DNA of 64,000 nucleotides from Eledone cirrhosa (GCA_964016885.1 OZ024742.1:46872001-46936000), one strand, 5' to 3'; shown: positions 1 through 14,364, numbered from the stretch's first letter. The notes: generated from the letters alone by a model not told the origin. A program made the numbers and translations.

Positions 1-38
1 TTCTCAATAGCATAAAAACAGTTAACGAAACATTATTC

Positions 39-227
39 GGTGGATTGGCAGTATCAGTAGAGGGTCGGACGCCATGCTTTCCAGCATAGTTACGTCCCTT
101 TACGATCTGAGTTCAAATCCCGCCGAGGTTGACTTTGCCTTTCATCCTTACGGGGTCGATAAAATAAAGTACCAGTAATGCACTGGGTAATTGCTGGCCT
201 TGTGCCTAAAGTAGAAACAATTATTAA
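39..227 (+). mobile_element. tRNA-derived SINE (octopus-type)
   Basis: A-box-like TGGCAGTATCAG and B-box GAGTTCAAATCC; body GACTTTGCCTTTCATCC..GGGGTCGATAAAATAAAGTACCAG; near-identical copy at 27865-28046. Confidence 0.85.
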
Positions 228-374
228 GAAAATGAAATATTGTATTATTAAAACCTTAGGTGCTTTATGATAAATTAATATCTTATATACATAATCACAC
301 TTGCACTTACGCACATATGTACATATATACCTGCATTCATATCTAAATACATAGGTACATTTCAGAAACTACGC

Positions 375-497
375 AGTGGATTTGTAGAATCGTTAGAGCG
401 TCGGACAAAATGCTTTGCATTAATTGTTCCGCTTCTTTACATTCGACTTTTCCGTACCTTCATATTTCAGGCCTTGTGCCTAAATTAGAAATCATTA
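375..497 (+). mobile_element. degraded, internally deleted SINE
   Basis: Shares the head (GTAGAATCGTTAGAGCGTCGGACAAAATGCTTTG) and tail (GGCCTTGTGCCTAAATTAGAAA) of 39-227. Confidence 0.65.
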
Positions 498-1442
498 ATT
501 TAGTCAAAAATGGAAGAGCAGAGCAATACTAGAGGTAAAACATTGCTGTCAATAGTTAAAAGTAATATCTATATATTAAACTTGTCTATAATGATGGCCA
601 TTAGTAAAACAAGTCAACATTTTTGTTAATTATCTTCGCACAATAAGCTGTGATAATCGTCTCATAAATGCGTGAAATGTTGATAAATGGAAAACATTTT
701 TCATTTTCTGTATTCCGGTTTTTATATAGAATATTTTTGAATTTTCATTGTTTAATAAACAAAGATAATTGCAAAGAGTAAGGTGTCCATATTTTATGTA
801 CTTTGACGGAATTACGTATAATAAAGTAATCAAAATAAATATTTTATATTAGTTATGTATATATTAAATCAAACAGAGACAATTTTACGTAAACCTAGAC
901 AGTATATGTCCAGGTGTTGATGAAAGTATGAACGTTTTAATCATTAAATGAAAACAAAATGGACATTTAGAAATTATGAAATAAATAAGATGAAAATGAG
1001 GATATAAATCGATAAAACTGAATTAAAAGGTAATAATTATACGTATATTAAACAGAGATATAATTAACTTATCGAGACCGCAACATGGCTAAGTGGTTAT
1101 AATGTTCAGTTTGCAATCTCAAAGATTAAAGTAGTCACACTGCTTGAGTCGAGTTTTGTGACAGGAAATATGCAGAATCTCAGCCGGTGGCCAGCACATG
1201 TAATTCACCAATATTTTGCTGATGATGTTTGATGATTCGGTTATGGGTAACCGTGTCACTGATTTAGAAGTTAATTTAAGGTGCAGGTACTTCGGTTAAC
1301 CGAACAACTGAATATCCAACATTAAAACAATGGCAATTCATTACTTATTTGAGTAAATATCAATTAATCATGAGAAAATTGTTTGAGAAAATAATTGTCT
1401 TATGATGAATTGATATTTACTCAAACACACAGACACACACGT

Positions 1443-1594
1443 GGGAGAGAGAGAGGGAGATAGAGGGGGCGTGGGAGAGAAGGGAAATGAGAGAGAAGGA
1501 GAGAGAGGGAGAGAGAGGGAGAGAGAGGGAGAGAGAGGGAGAGAGGGAGAGAGAGAAGGGGCGTGAGAGAGATAGAGAGAGAGAGAAAGGGCGT

Positions 1595-1637
<43 letters not shown>

Positions 1638-1690
1638 TGTGTATGTGTGTGTTGTGTGTGTGTGTGTGTGTGTGTGAGTGTGTGTGTTTG
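1443..1690. repeat. compound (GA)n/(GT)n microsatellite
   Basis: Directly visible; explains the RERE/SLSL/THTH pseudo-ORFs. Confidence 0.95.
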
Positions 1691-1802
1691 TGTATTGAAA
1701 CAAAGAGATATCGCTATCTCTGTTTGTGTAATTATAAATAGTATTAAATAGAAAATATTCATTAAATATAAAAAGAAGGGGACGTGTAACATATATCAAT
1801 GT

Positions 1803-2010
1803 TTTCTAATTTAGTCATAATCCTAGCAAATTATGGAGGCGATTGTGTCGATTATATCGACCTCGGTACTTCACCGGTAGAAAACTTTATAAATCCTAGA
1901 AGGATAAAAGGCAAATGTAAGCTTGTTTGGATTTAATCTCAGAACGGAAGAGACGTAGCTAAATGTTGCAAAACATTCTATCCGACCTTCTAATGATTCT
2001 GCCAAATCAA
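1803..2010 (-). mobile_element. degraded SINE
   Basis: Reverse complement carries TTGGCAGAATCATTAG..TTCTGAGATTAAATCC..TTTGCCTTTTATCCTT, as in the 39-227 family. Confidence 0.7.
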
Positions 2011-2486
2011 TGAGAAATGAGTTGTATATTCTAATTTATGCTGAATAACAGTATGTGATAACATGTTTGTAATGCTTCAGGCTGTTTGTGAAGCATTTCA
2101 AATGCTCCAGTGTATTAACATAGAATGTATTCAATGGAGTAAAAGAATTAATAAACATCATTACTAAAATGTATTTTCGTAGACATCTTTCGATCTTCTA
2201 ATAAAACGGATTTGAAAAATGAATTTATTTGGAAATAATGATTTCTAATTTATACAGAAAGCAAGCAATTTGTGAGTTGTGTATATAACTCAGCTAAAAT
2301 GTATATATACGCACACTCACTCTCATCCCCAACACAAACATAGAAACATGTGTACTTTAAGCATAACAATATGTGAAATATAAACACCCACACACCTACA
2401 GCATATCGCTATTTATATCGAATACAAATCTGAACCTGTATAATAGCGAGGATTTATTCTATTTATCAGTATATTTGCACTCCAAG

Positions 2487-2630
2487 CAGTGAATTTGCTT
2501 AGCCCTTAGAACGTTGAATAGAATGCATTGTGATATTCATTCCGGCTCTGAAATCCCGACGAGATCAACTTTGCGTTACATCCATTTGAGCTCGGTAAAC
2601 AGAGTAACGGTCTACTCCTGGGGTCGATTC
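2487..2630 (+). mobile_element. highly degraded SINE
   Basis: CTCTGAAATCCCGACGAGATCAACTTTGCGTTACATCC..CTGGGGTCGAT resembles the SINE body. Confidence 0.45.
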
Positions 2631-2874
2631 CGCATATCTATCTTCTTCTCACTTCATCTCTATCACACTTTATCTTTCCGGGCAATGGTCACAACTAGAG
2701 TTTCTCACTACATATTCAATAGAAGTTACATACATATTTACACTTCTGTTTGATCCCCATGTGCTTGAACTTCACTCGTTCTCTCACTCATTCTAATACC
2801 AAGCCAGACTTCCACAACCTGCAGGCTTATGTCATCGTTGACCCTACTATTATATCTCTTGCACTATTAAGATA

Positions 2875-3850
2875 CCAGGGTCAGCTGAAAAACTCATAGG
2901 CTGACCAAGATATTCTCATGGAATGTGACCAAATGAGGTTTATTTTTCAGTATAGTTTCCCTTGCGGTCCACACACTTTTTCCATCGGTGATGCGGTGCT
3001 AGGATCCCATTGATGAAGAAGCCTTCAACCTATTGGTCAAAAGAATCATCAACGGCAGTAATGACGTCATCATCACTGCGATACAGGGTTCTCAGTCAAG
3101 TGTTGTTTCATGTCGGTGAACAGATGAAAATCAGGTTTTGGCCAAATCAGGAGAATAGGGAAAGTGATCAACCATTTCAAAGCTCCATTCCAAGGTATTG
3201 TCTGCTGGAGCATTGTCCTGATGAAACAAGACACCAGAGGTCAGTTTTCCTGGGCGGTTAGTCTTTATAGCCTTTCATAACTGCCTCAGTATGTAGGCGC
3301 AGTACTCTCTGTTGATGGTATGGCCCTTTTGAAGATAGTCAACAAACACCCAGCCTTTTGCATCCCCCAAAACCGAGGTCATCACCTTCCCTGAAGATGA
3401 AACGACCTTAGCCTACATTCGAGCATGTGTTTCAACGGCATGGCTTCTCTTTTTATCTCTGGCTCAAACTGATGAACGCAACACTCATCTTGTTTTAGGA
3501 GACCTTCAAGGAAACCAACTGAATCTGCCTCAAACAATATCAGATTTTCCCATGTTGTGATCAGCCTGATGCGCTTTTGATTAGGTGTCAGTAAATGTGG
3601 CACCCACTGAGCAGAAGCATTCGGCATGCCAAGTTCATTGTGCAGAATATCCTCAACTCTCTCAGGGGATATGATGAGAGCATTGGCTATCTGATTTAAA
3701 GTGAATCGCCTATCATCCATCACTATGTCGTGAACACGAAAAATATTTTCCTTGGTAGTGGCAGTTGTAGGACGTCCAGGTCTTGGGCCATCTTTAAGAA
3801 TCTCCTATCCTTTCCTAAATTCAGCTGCCCACCTTTGCACTATTGATTCC
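2875..3850 (-). mobile_element. mariner DNA transposon remnant
   Basis: ORF 3382-3723(-) has DRRFTL..IA..L.IS..ILH.ELGM and WVPHLL mariner motifs; TA followed by TIR-like CCAGGGTCAGCTGAAAA at 2873. Confidence 0.85.
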
Positions 3851-4482
3851 AGCTTAAACCCTACATTCTCCAATGTTTTAACCTTCAATCCCTTCATTGT
3901 CTCTGCTACGGTTCTTTGTGCCTGCTTGTAACGCAAGTGCAAGAAGAAGGGCTCATTTTCAAGTCAAGCTTTGTAGGCCTCCTTTGCTCAGATTGCATCT
4001 TTGGCCTCATGATTGAATCGCGGTGCCATCCCACATCAAGCCTCTTTCGCCCGCAGCGATTATTATCAACAAAATCAATAACATTACTATCATCTAATTA
4101 ATAGATCAATTAATAAAAAAAAAAAAACACATTGATATATACATATATCAATGTGTGTTTTTTTTTTAATAGGAAATAAAGGAAATAAATAAAGTCCGTG
4201 AGAGAACGTTGTTGACAGGTATATCGATCTACTGAAGATCTACAATTCAAACAGACAAGCAAGACCATGAACATACCCACAAAACTATTGGTAAAACCTC
4301 GTTAGTTTGAGTATATACAATGCTGTTACAGTTAGATAAATATGCACATATTCCAACAGTCAGTTGCACAGCATCTCCTGAGTAAGGAATGGTTCATCAG
4401 TGTGCTTGTCCATTAAGAACACATAGATTTTACGAAATCACAATACCACTCGATACTTTGGGCATTTATAACATCGTGCTAT

Positions 4483-4971
<489 letters not shown>

Positions 4972-5057
4972 AATATACTCCAAATATTTGTCGAGTGCTT
5001 TTATATCAGTTATAAATATTTACTAGTTGTAACCCAACAATTTAAATATAACTTTCC

Positions 5058-5089
<32 letters not shown>

Positions 5090-5161
5090 GTATATATATA
5101 TATACTTGTGTGTGTGTATATATATATATAGAGAGAGAGAGACAGATATATATAGATATAT

Positions 5162-5202
<41 letters not shown>

Positions 5203-5815
5203 TGTATGTATGTAATTGTCTATAGTTTTGTGTGTATGTTTATGGACTTGCTTGTCAGTAGATCGATATACCTGTCAACAAGGTTCTCTCACGGGCTTTA
5301 TTTCTTTCATTTATTTCCTATTAAATGTTAAGCATGTAATTATTGGCTGTCCTCTTTAATTAATTGAATTCAGTAATACAAATAATGTCGATTTTATATT
5401 AAAAAAAAAGTACTTTGATTAGATTTAATTTTATTACAGACATGTGTTCAATATATGATCAATAAACTTGGACTTGATACACGTTGAGGGTATTGATTCG
5501 AAACCGAAATGACATCCGATTCACCTCAAACCATTCCTTAAACACGTAGAATGAGTTAACTTATTAATAGTCTGTTTAGCTACTTTCCTTAGTCTTTTAT
5601 TTTTAAATAAATGTTTCCAAAGTACTTTACTACATTTTTTTCCTTCAGTTAGTACAAAAAAAGTAGAATGCTCCGAGGTGAAAACATTTTCCCATTCTTT
5701 TTTATTGATCTTCTCTAATTAGTAAATTCATTTCCCCTAGATAAATCTACCCAAATTATCCAGACGTTCACGCAGTCAACCACACCTACACCCACAAATA
5801 CACACACACACTCCT

Positions 5816-6061
<246 letters not shown>

Positions 6062-6979
6062 CGTTTCTGAATTTGTTTAGCAAGATTCTTTATCTGAAAT
6101 CGTGTGTTGAAACCGATATTGTTATACTTTGGGAGGGTCATGTTGCCAATAAGAAACACACGCACCAGTTGCTTTCACTTCAATTTAAAATATATTTATA
6201 AATTTATAAATTTACAAATCTACAAACTTATAAATTTCTGGTTGGTTGGTTAGTTCCACAACCAGATAGTTGTTTATATATAGTCATATAGTCCTTTCGT
6301 CACACACTCTGTGACCTCTTCAGTGACTGGGGATTCCTTTCTTTGTTTCTGTGCCTTTCCTTTCTTCTGTCCTACGCCATTTTGTTTCTGTGTGTGTGTT
6401 GTGCGCTCAGTATGCGCATGCGCCACATCCGGGTGTCTGTGTGTGTTTGTGTTCATTTATCTATTTGTTTATTTATTTACATGTTGTTGGTTGGTTGTTT
6501 GTTCTATGTGTGTGTGTGTGTTTTCATTTTGTCCTTAATTGTAAGTTGTGATGTTGCTGTTCCACTCATATTTTCTATTTAATTTTGGTTGTAATTCTTT
6601 TATGCTTACTGCCTCTGTAATTTGCCTAAACATTGCATCTTTTCTGTCTGTGGATTCTATTTTTATTTCTATGTTCTCTAATTTACCCGTCTGTTCTATC
6701 TTAGCATGTTGGTAGAGTACAGATGATTCTTTATTATCTTGAAGGTCTCGCCAGTGTTCATTTATCCGTTCCCCTATACTACGAGCTGTCTCACCTATGT
6801 ACACTATATTTTTGTTTCTACATTGTCCTTCAGTACATCTTATGCTATACACTACATTTCTAGTTTTACAGTTAATATGGGGGCTTATTTTACAGGTTAT
6901 ACATTTCTTATCTATACATGAGGGTCTTTGGAACGGGTATGTCTTGCTAATAAGTGTTTTTACGGAAAGACCAGGTACC

Positions 6980-7411
6980 TCCGTAAAAACACTTATTAGC
7001 AAGACATACCCGTTCCAAAGACCCACATGTATAGACAAGAAATGTATAACCTGTAAAATAAGCCCCCATATTAACTGTAAAACTAGAAATGTAGTGTATA
7101 GCATAAGATGTACTGAAGGACAATGTAGAAACAAAAATATAGTGTACATAGGTGAGACAGCTCGTAGTATAGGGGAACGGATAAATGAACACTGGCGAGA
7201 CCTTCAAGATAATAAAGAATCATCTGTACTCTACCAACATGCTAAGATAGAACACAAGGGTAAATTAGAGAACATAGAAATAAAAATAGAATCCACACAC
7301 AGAAAAGATGCAATGTTTAGGAAAATTACAGAGGCAGTAAGCATAAAAGAATTAAAACCAAAATTAAATAGAAAATATGAGTGGAACAGCAACATCACAA
7401 CTTACAATTAA
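6980..7411 (+). pseudogene. PLE GIY-YIG endonuclease C-terminal fragment (mirror 6535-6966, minus)
   Basis: CIDKKCITC..C.TRNVVYSIRC..C..VYIGETARSIGERINEH..EAVSIKELKPKLN: GIY-YIG with Zn-linker cysteines; no RT present. Confidence 0.9.
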
Positions 7412-7615
7412 GGACAAAATGAAAACACACACACACATAGAACAAACAACCAACCAACAACATGTAAATAAATAAACAAATAAATAAATGAACAGAAACA
7501 CACACAGACACCCGGATGTGGTGCATGCGCAAACTGAGCACACAACACACACAGAGAAACAAAATGGCGTAGGACAGAAGAAAGGAAAGGCACAGAAACA
7601 AAGGAAGGAATCCCC

Positions 7616-7660
7616 AGTCACTGAAGAGGTCACAGAGTGTGTGACGAAAGGACTATGACT
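7616..7660 (+). ncRNA. minimal hammerhead H2 (mirror 6282-6328, minus, with extra TA after the cleavage site)
   Basis: AGTCA-CTGAAGA-G-GTCACA gagtg TGTGAC-GAAA-GGAC-TA-TGACT. Confidence 0.85.
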
Positions 7661-7786
7661 ATATATAAACAACTATCTGGTTGTGGAACTAACCAACCAA
7701 CCAGAAATTTATAAGTTTGTAGATTTGTAAATTTATAAATTTATAAATATATAATAAATTTATAAATTTATAAATATATACTTATA

Positions 7787-7871
<85 letters not shown>

Positions 7872-8369
7872 ATATATACTACACACACACACACAAATAT
7901 ATATATATATATAGTTGTGTATAGTGGTAGCTATGGTGCTTCCGTAGGCGGTATGCCAAAATTAGCACTCGATATTCATCAGAGTAGAGTGTAGATATTA
8001 TAAAGAAAACGAAAAATCAGTGATGCATCTGGACTTAATTTATTTCGTGTTACAAATGTTTCGCCGACATGTAGCTCGAGTCATGGTCCTTGTATGGATC
8101 TCACTGATTTTCCTTCTGCGGGTTCTTTTAGACACGGGTGTTACGTCCGGAGCAAATTTTATCACTGGGGTGTTATCATCAAAAAACACCCTCAAAAAAC
8201 CCTATTTCCACTCTTGTCATGACATTGGCTGTTTTTACTCCACGTCATCACAAGTTCTGGTCATTATCTGCTGCCACACGGTTCAGCAACCATTTTCCGT
8301 CCGACACATTTCAATGGAGTCATGCTTGGTTCAGTACTTCACACGTCTGCTCACACGTCAGAGTAAGCA

Positions 8370-9900
8370 CCCACACATACAAAGATACATACATAAAAGC
8401 AAACACACATGCAGACACATACCAGTCTATGCATACACATACGTACGCCTACATGCGCAGACCCCCCCCCACACATACATCGAAGTATATATACTCACAC
8501 ACCGGCTCTCCCTCACCTACACGGACCCATTTACACCGACTTGTTGGTACATACCGCCACGAGCCTTCTGACGGCTGTTTACTTCTCGCTCTGTATCAAT
8601 TGGCATAAGCATATCCTATTCAAACATACACATATATACACATACATACGCGCGCACATATACATACGCCCAAACTTCTATACATTTAAATATATATATC
8701 TATATATATATACACACTCATACACACACATATATACATACACGCATACATACACATACATACATATATACACACATGTGTATACACACATATATATATA
8801 TATATATATACACATACACATACATACACACACATATATATATAAATGTATACTCACACATGTCGACACATACATACAGATACACACACGTACATACACA
8901 TTACCTACAAACGTACATACACACACATATATATATATATTTATATACATATATATACTTATATACACACAAAAGAAAAGAGACAACTTAACATGCGTAC
9001 GCACATCCACACATACATACAAATACCCACGCATATGCCGATGTACATGCATCTACACATGCATACGCATACGTGTTACCACATGCATACATCTGCACGC
9101 ATGCATATCTGCCTACACACACATGTGCTAACACATATACATATATAAACACACCTGTAAGTGAACAGTTAAAAATACATTATGCAATAAAAACATAAAA
9201 TAACGGTAAATTACCGTAACATAAAAAATATACAAGTAATATAATATACAATATGATAAATATATATATCGCCCTATTATACATATATACACACATATAT
9301 ATAGACATATATATACACATATACACACACACATACACACACACACACGTACACGGACTCATACATACATATGCGGATATATACGGATATATATAGAGGA
9401 TATGTGATAAAATAGTACAAGAATAATAATAATAAAAAAAATAATAGTAATAATAAAAATCATAGATAGTCCATATATAATCATCCGCACACATTCCGAT
9501 GAGATGCACATAAACACATGCATATAAGCATACCTATATATATATATATACTATACATACACACACAAAAATATATATATATATGTATATATATATAAGT
9601 GTATATATATATACGTATATATATTTATACGTATATACTATATATATATATAAGTTTATATATATATTTCGTTTCTGAATTTGTTTAGCAAGATTCTTTA
9701 TCTGAAATCGTGTGTTGAAACCGATATTGTTATACTTTGGGAGGGTCATGTTGCCAATAAGAAACACACGCACCAGTTGCTTTCACTTCAATTTATTATA
9801 ATAAATTTATAATAAATATATATATATATATATATATGTGTACGTGTGTGTATGTGTGTGTGTGTATGTGTGTGTGTGTATGTGTGTGTGTGTGTGTACG
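8370..9900. repeat. degenerate (CA)/(TA)/(CATA) low-complexity tract
   Basis: Directly visible; source of His/Thr/Tyr/Ile pseudo-ORFs. Confidence 0.85.
9667..9795 (-). repeat. second copy of the PLE tail at 6059-6187
   Basis: Identical ~129 bp TTTCGTTTCTGAATTTG..CACTTCAATTTA, again abutting (TA)n. Confidence 0.9.
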
Positions 9901-10479
9901 TTTTATCAACCTGTGTATGCAATATTTATAAACAATAAACAAATGAGAACATTTAGTCAAACATTTTAATTAAGGGCGTTAATTAGCGATGTAAATTATT
10001 TAACAGTGTTGTTTGAGACATTGCAAAAGCAAATTACTTAATGAGATATTGGCTACCTATTTCATATATTGTAATCGAGGTAAAAATTATTCTATTCCTT
10101 CAGAAAAGTATGAATTCTAGTAATAACCTTTTTCTAACATTGACAGAAGTCAGCAACTTATGGGAATGGAAAGTTGCTTATATCACTTGTTTAATAAAAT
10201 CGATTCCTCCTTTTCTGTAAACCATGAATAGAGTGTGTCAGCTAACCGGTTCTCGCCCTCCTGGCGGTAATAATAGAGTTTACTGTTCATAAATCTTGTT
10301 TCTTAATTCTTCACGTTTTCGTAGTTATGTTTAAAATTAAGAATTTAAATGTTGTGGTTTAATGCTCTTGTGTTATATGTAAATTAAAAAACTGTATAAA
10401 TCTTAGCAGTAGTCACGAGATAGGAATTGGTCTTTGATAGGTATTTTAACATAAATGTCCAGCAGAATATTTCTGTACC

Positions 10480-10790
10480 TAAATAATTAACGTGGATTAT
10501 ACATGTATTTGCTAATAAACATTTCTCCTTCTTATTCTTTGTTGTGCTATAACGTCATCTACAAAGTTACAAATTTGGAAAATTCTGCTCTTGGATAAAT
10601 TTACTTTGCGGCCTCTCTTGACATGCCCCCTCAGTTCAATCCTAGTATTTGTATCTCTGATATTTTGCCAGTGGCTAGTCACTCGCTTCCGTAAGCTGTT
10701 CTCTGTTACTCTGATATAATTTAGCCTACATGTACAACATTCTAGAGCATAGACAAAATTGCCACACAAACATGTGAAACTGTTTGTGTG
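10480..10790 (-). pseudogene. decayed PLE GIY-YIG endonuclease fragment
   Basis: FVYALECCTCRLNYIRVTENSLRKRVTSHWQNI resembles the VY..C..C...YIG.T...L..R...H motif. Confidence 0.7.
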
Positions 10791-11399
10791 GCAAAGCGTA
10801 CGAATTTGTCCATCTTCATTTGTCTAGTTCTCATTTAGGTCTTCGGCATTTTGTTACACGTAGAATTACATAGTAGAATTACTGCACTTGTGAGCAGTCA
10901 CTTTCGTACTTTTTGTTTGTTGTTTGCTCTTTATAATTAATAAACAAGGATTTATAATATTAACAAACTTTATTCAATATTAATTAATTTTGTAAACCGT
11001 GAATGATAAACTATGTAAATTATTAAATAAAAAATAAATGAAAGATAAAGAAATCACTATTTAATGTTACATTTTCTATATTATCTACGTCGTGTGGACG
11101 AACTTCACATATTCCAAATATATATATATATATATATATATATAATTCAAGGAGACAACAAACAGAGGTACAAAACTTCCAGTGACATGTACATGCACTT
11201 AAGTTTCGTTCGGTTATACACCCCAACTCATACATAATTAACTGATATAAATAATTATATGAAAGTCTGAATGAGTTAGGGGTGAATAACCCAACGAAAT
11301 TTTAGTGCTTGGAAAGGTCACTGTTGTGTCTAATTATACTTAACTCGTCCTATAGACTGAGTACGCTCACCCTTTGATATTTATACTAAATTTGTACTC

Positions 11400-11725
11400 A
11401 GAGGTCAAATCCTATGTAGGTATGGTGGAGGGCCGGTTAAAGAACACTTCCTGAATCATCTGGCGACATTCAGACACCCGGACAAACGACCTTCCACGAA
11501 ATTCGCAAGCCACATATGGTCCCTCAAGAACGCAGGCGTGGATTACTCCATACAATGGAATGTTATAACCAAGTCTAAGACATAAGGAAATGGTTTTCCG
11601 TCTTGAGGGCTGTGCATTGAAGAAAGAATCAATATCCTGATGATTTGTGTAATAACGCTTGTCTAAACACAAGGTCCCAACTCTACTCACGTTGTCCCCA
11701 CGTTTCGAAACATCTTTATGTAATT
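11400..11725 (+). pseudogene. decayed Naiad-type PLE GIY-YIG fragment
   Basis: Manual translation with frameshifts and stops: KSYVGM..KEHFLNHLATFRHPDKRPSTKFASHIWSLKNAGVDYSIQW..LCIEERINIL..CLNTRSQLYSRCPH; homologous to the C-terminus of ORF 44559-45989. Confidence 0.75.
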
Positions 11726-12125
11726 TTAAATCCCCAGACAAATTTTCAGACGTAACACCTCTAGACCGAATATCATGAATAATCTATTGTATTCTGATCT
11801 TTCGCAGTTGGCACCCCGTATCGATCTAACGCGAGTTGTTCCCCTATGAGAAGAACTTTCTCTACGCAGGTCTATTCGATTCGTGTAATCGTTTTCCTTA
11901 TCCGTATTATCGCATTTAAACCAAGCTAATGATCCGTCTGAGATGAAACCAATTTTTCCCGGAAAGGTGAATTAACTGTTTTGGAACTACTACCAAAATT
12001 GTCCCATGGACTGAGTGGTCTACTACTGCGGATATAATCCACTAGTGTTCTACCAATATATATATATATATATAACTGCTCTGTAGAACAACTGATGTTA
12101 TTACATTGAGCTATTTATCTTACTG

Positions 12126-12232
12126 GTAATAAGGTAGTAATAAATTACTGACCTTCACTCTTTAGGGTTTAAAATATATATAACTATAAAAGGTTTTAAT
12201 AAATACATAACCATAAATAGTATCCTTAATAT

Positions 12233-12325
<93 letters not shown>

Positions 12326-13898
12326 TAAAACATGTCTATAAAATCACAAGATAAAATATATACCATTTCCTCTGGAATTAGCATAATTAACTATATAAAA
12401 AATCGAATAGACCAGGCTATAAGAATGAGGCTTCTATGAAGAAATCTCCAACAAAAAACCGAAACTAGCCCTTCGCGTCGGCCGCAACGGAATATTTATC
12501 GAATATTTCGACAGCGTAATCGTCCATATACAGTCAATTAAACAGAATTAGGTGTAAAATAAACTAGGAGAAAATAGAATACATTTAAATACCTCTACCA
12601 TGGTTTCGTCCGCATTTTGAGATTTCCAATAATTATGTAATAATTATGTCACTCGAGCACCGGATTCATCAGGAAGTTTGCTCTGATCTAGACACTAAAA
12701 TTTTCCAAAGTGATCGCGCCAAGAATTCATTCAAAATGGCTATGAATCGTGACGTAGTCGCGGTCAGGTTGGAAGAGGTGTGGTAGTTGCTTACGGCTGG
12801 TGGCTTTTTTGCTAGAAAGCACAGCACAATACAGCTAAATTTGTATCTCAACCTAATGGGAGATTATTCCATATGAAAGTTTACATATATATATATACAT
12901 ATATATACATATATATAAATATACGTGTTTTGCAACTGGTCATATTGTGGCTCAATGAAAATTTAAATGTATTCTATTTAAATGTATTCTATTTTCTCCT
13001 AGTTTATTTTACACCTAATTCTGTTTAATTGACTGTATATGGGCGATTACGCTGTCGAAATATTCGATAAATATTCCGTTGCGGCCGACGCGAAGGGCTA
13101 GTTTCGGTTATTTGTTGGAGATTTATTCATAGAAGCCTCATTCTTATAGCCTGGTCTATTCGATTTTTTATATAGTTAATTATGCTAATTGGGAGAGGAA
13201 ATGGTATATATTTTATCTTGTGATTTTATAGACATATATTAGGATATATAGCTCTGATTATTTAATTTATAAAATTTTCATTGAGCCACAATGTGACCCG
13301 TTGAAAAACACGTATATGTATATATATGTATATATATATGTAAACTTTCATATGGAATAATCTCCCATTAGGTTGAGATACAAATTTGGCTGTATTGTGC
13401 TGTGCTTTCTAGCAAAATAGCCACCAGCCGTAAGCAACTATCACACCTCTTCCAACCTGACCGCGACTACGTCACGATTCATAGCCATTTTGAATGAATT
13501 CTTGGCGCGATCACTTTGGAAAATTTTAGTGTCTAGATTAGAGCAAACTTCCTGATGAATCCGGTGCTCGAGTGACATAATTATTACATAATTATTGGAA
13601 ATCTCAAAATGCGGACGAAACCATGGTAGAGGTATTTAAATGTATTCTATTTTCTCCTAGTTTATTTTACACCTAATTCTGTTTAATTGACTGTATATGG
13701 ACGATTACGCTGTCGAAATATTCGATAAATATTCCGTTGCGGCCGACGCGAAGGGCTAGTTTCGGTTATTTGTTGGAGATTTCTTCATAGAAGCCTCATT
13801 CTTATAGCCTGGTCTATGCGATCTTTTATATAGTTAATTATGCTAATTGCAGAGGAAATGGTATATATTTTATCTTGTGATTTTATAGACATGTTTTA

Positions 13899-13967
<69 letters not shown>

Positions 13968-14074
13968 ATATTAAGAATACTATTTATGGTTATGTATTTA
14001 TTAAAACCTTTTATAGTTATATATATTTTAAACCCTAAAGAGTGAAGGTCAGTAATTTATTACTACCTTATTAC
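12126..14074 (+). mobile_element. ORF-less hammerhead element R1 (retrozyme-like / non-autonomous PLE): inverted arm plus 658-nt-period partial tandem
   Basis: 12126-12964 is the reverse complement of ~13272-14074; 12975-13250 repeats directly at 13633-13908; no meaningful ORF. Confidence 0.85.
13547..13633 (+). ncRNA. hammerhead H3 with long stem II (mirror 12591-12677, minus)
   Basis: ACTTC-CTGATGA-aTCCG..(long insert)..CGGAc-GAAA-CCATGG-TA-GAGGT. Confidence 0.85.
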
Positions 14075-14312
14075 TCAGGAATTAACGAAAATCAACGTCC
14101 GATATGTGTGGCAAGCGCTCGATGATTCATGTGAATCAGAGCTACAACATACGTTAAGGGCCAAACACACTGAGATGATGGTTAAACAGATCATCCGCAC
14201 AGCCAAAACAAACGACCAAGTAATTCGTGTCAAACAATAAAAATATGTGTTGATAATTTACCCGGACCCTGGACTGATGGTAAAATACACACATATATAT
14301 ATATATATTAGG

Positions 14313-14364
<52 letters not shown>

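Noticed and set aside
39-125. tRNA gene at A/B-box motifs (also 1075-1130, 27865-27950, 50493-50580)
   Set aside because: No complete cloverleaf; where a body and tail follow, these are SINE heads.
6797-6979. Hydrophobic N-terminus of the 204-aa ORF as a signal or membrane segment
   Set aside because: It is the antisense reading of the opposite palindrome arm.
8057-8190. Minus-strand hammerhead candidate (TTGATGA..GAAA-CATTTG-TA-ACAC)
   Set aside because: Core C missing, stem I out of register, no clear stem II; at best a decayed relic.
8020-8608. 183-aa and 156-aa ORFs as host genes
   Set aside because: No recognisable motif; they run into CA/TA low-complexity sequence.
11263-11310. CTGAATGA..GAAA hammerhead-like motif
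   Set aside because: Extra core base and no properly registered stems I and III.
11412-11741. 109-aa minus-strand ORF as a novel protein
   Set aside because: The opposite strand encodes a decayed GIY-YIG domain.
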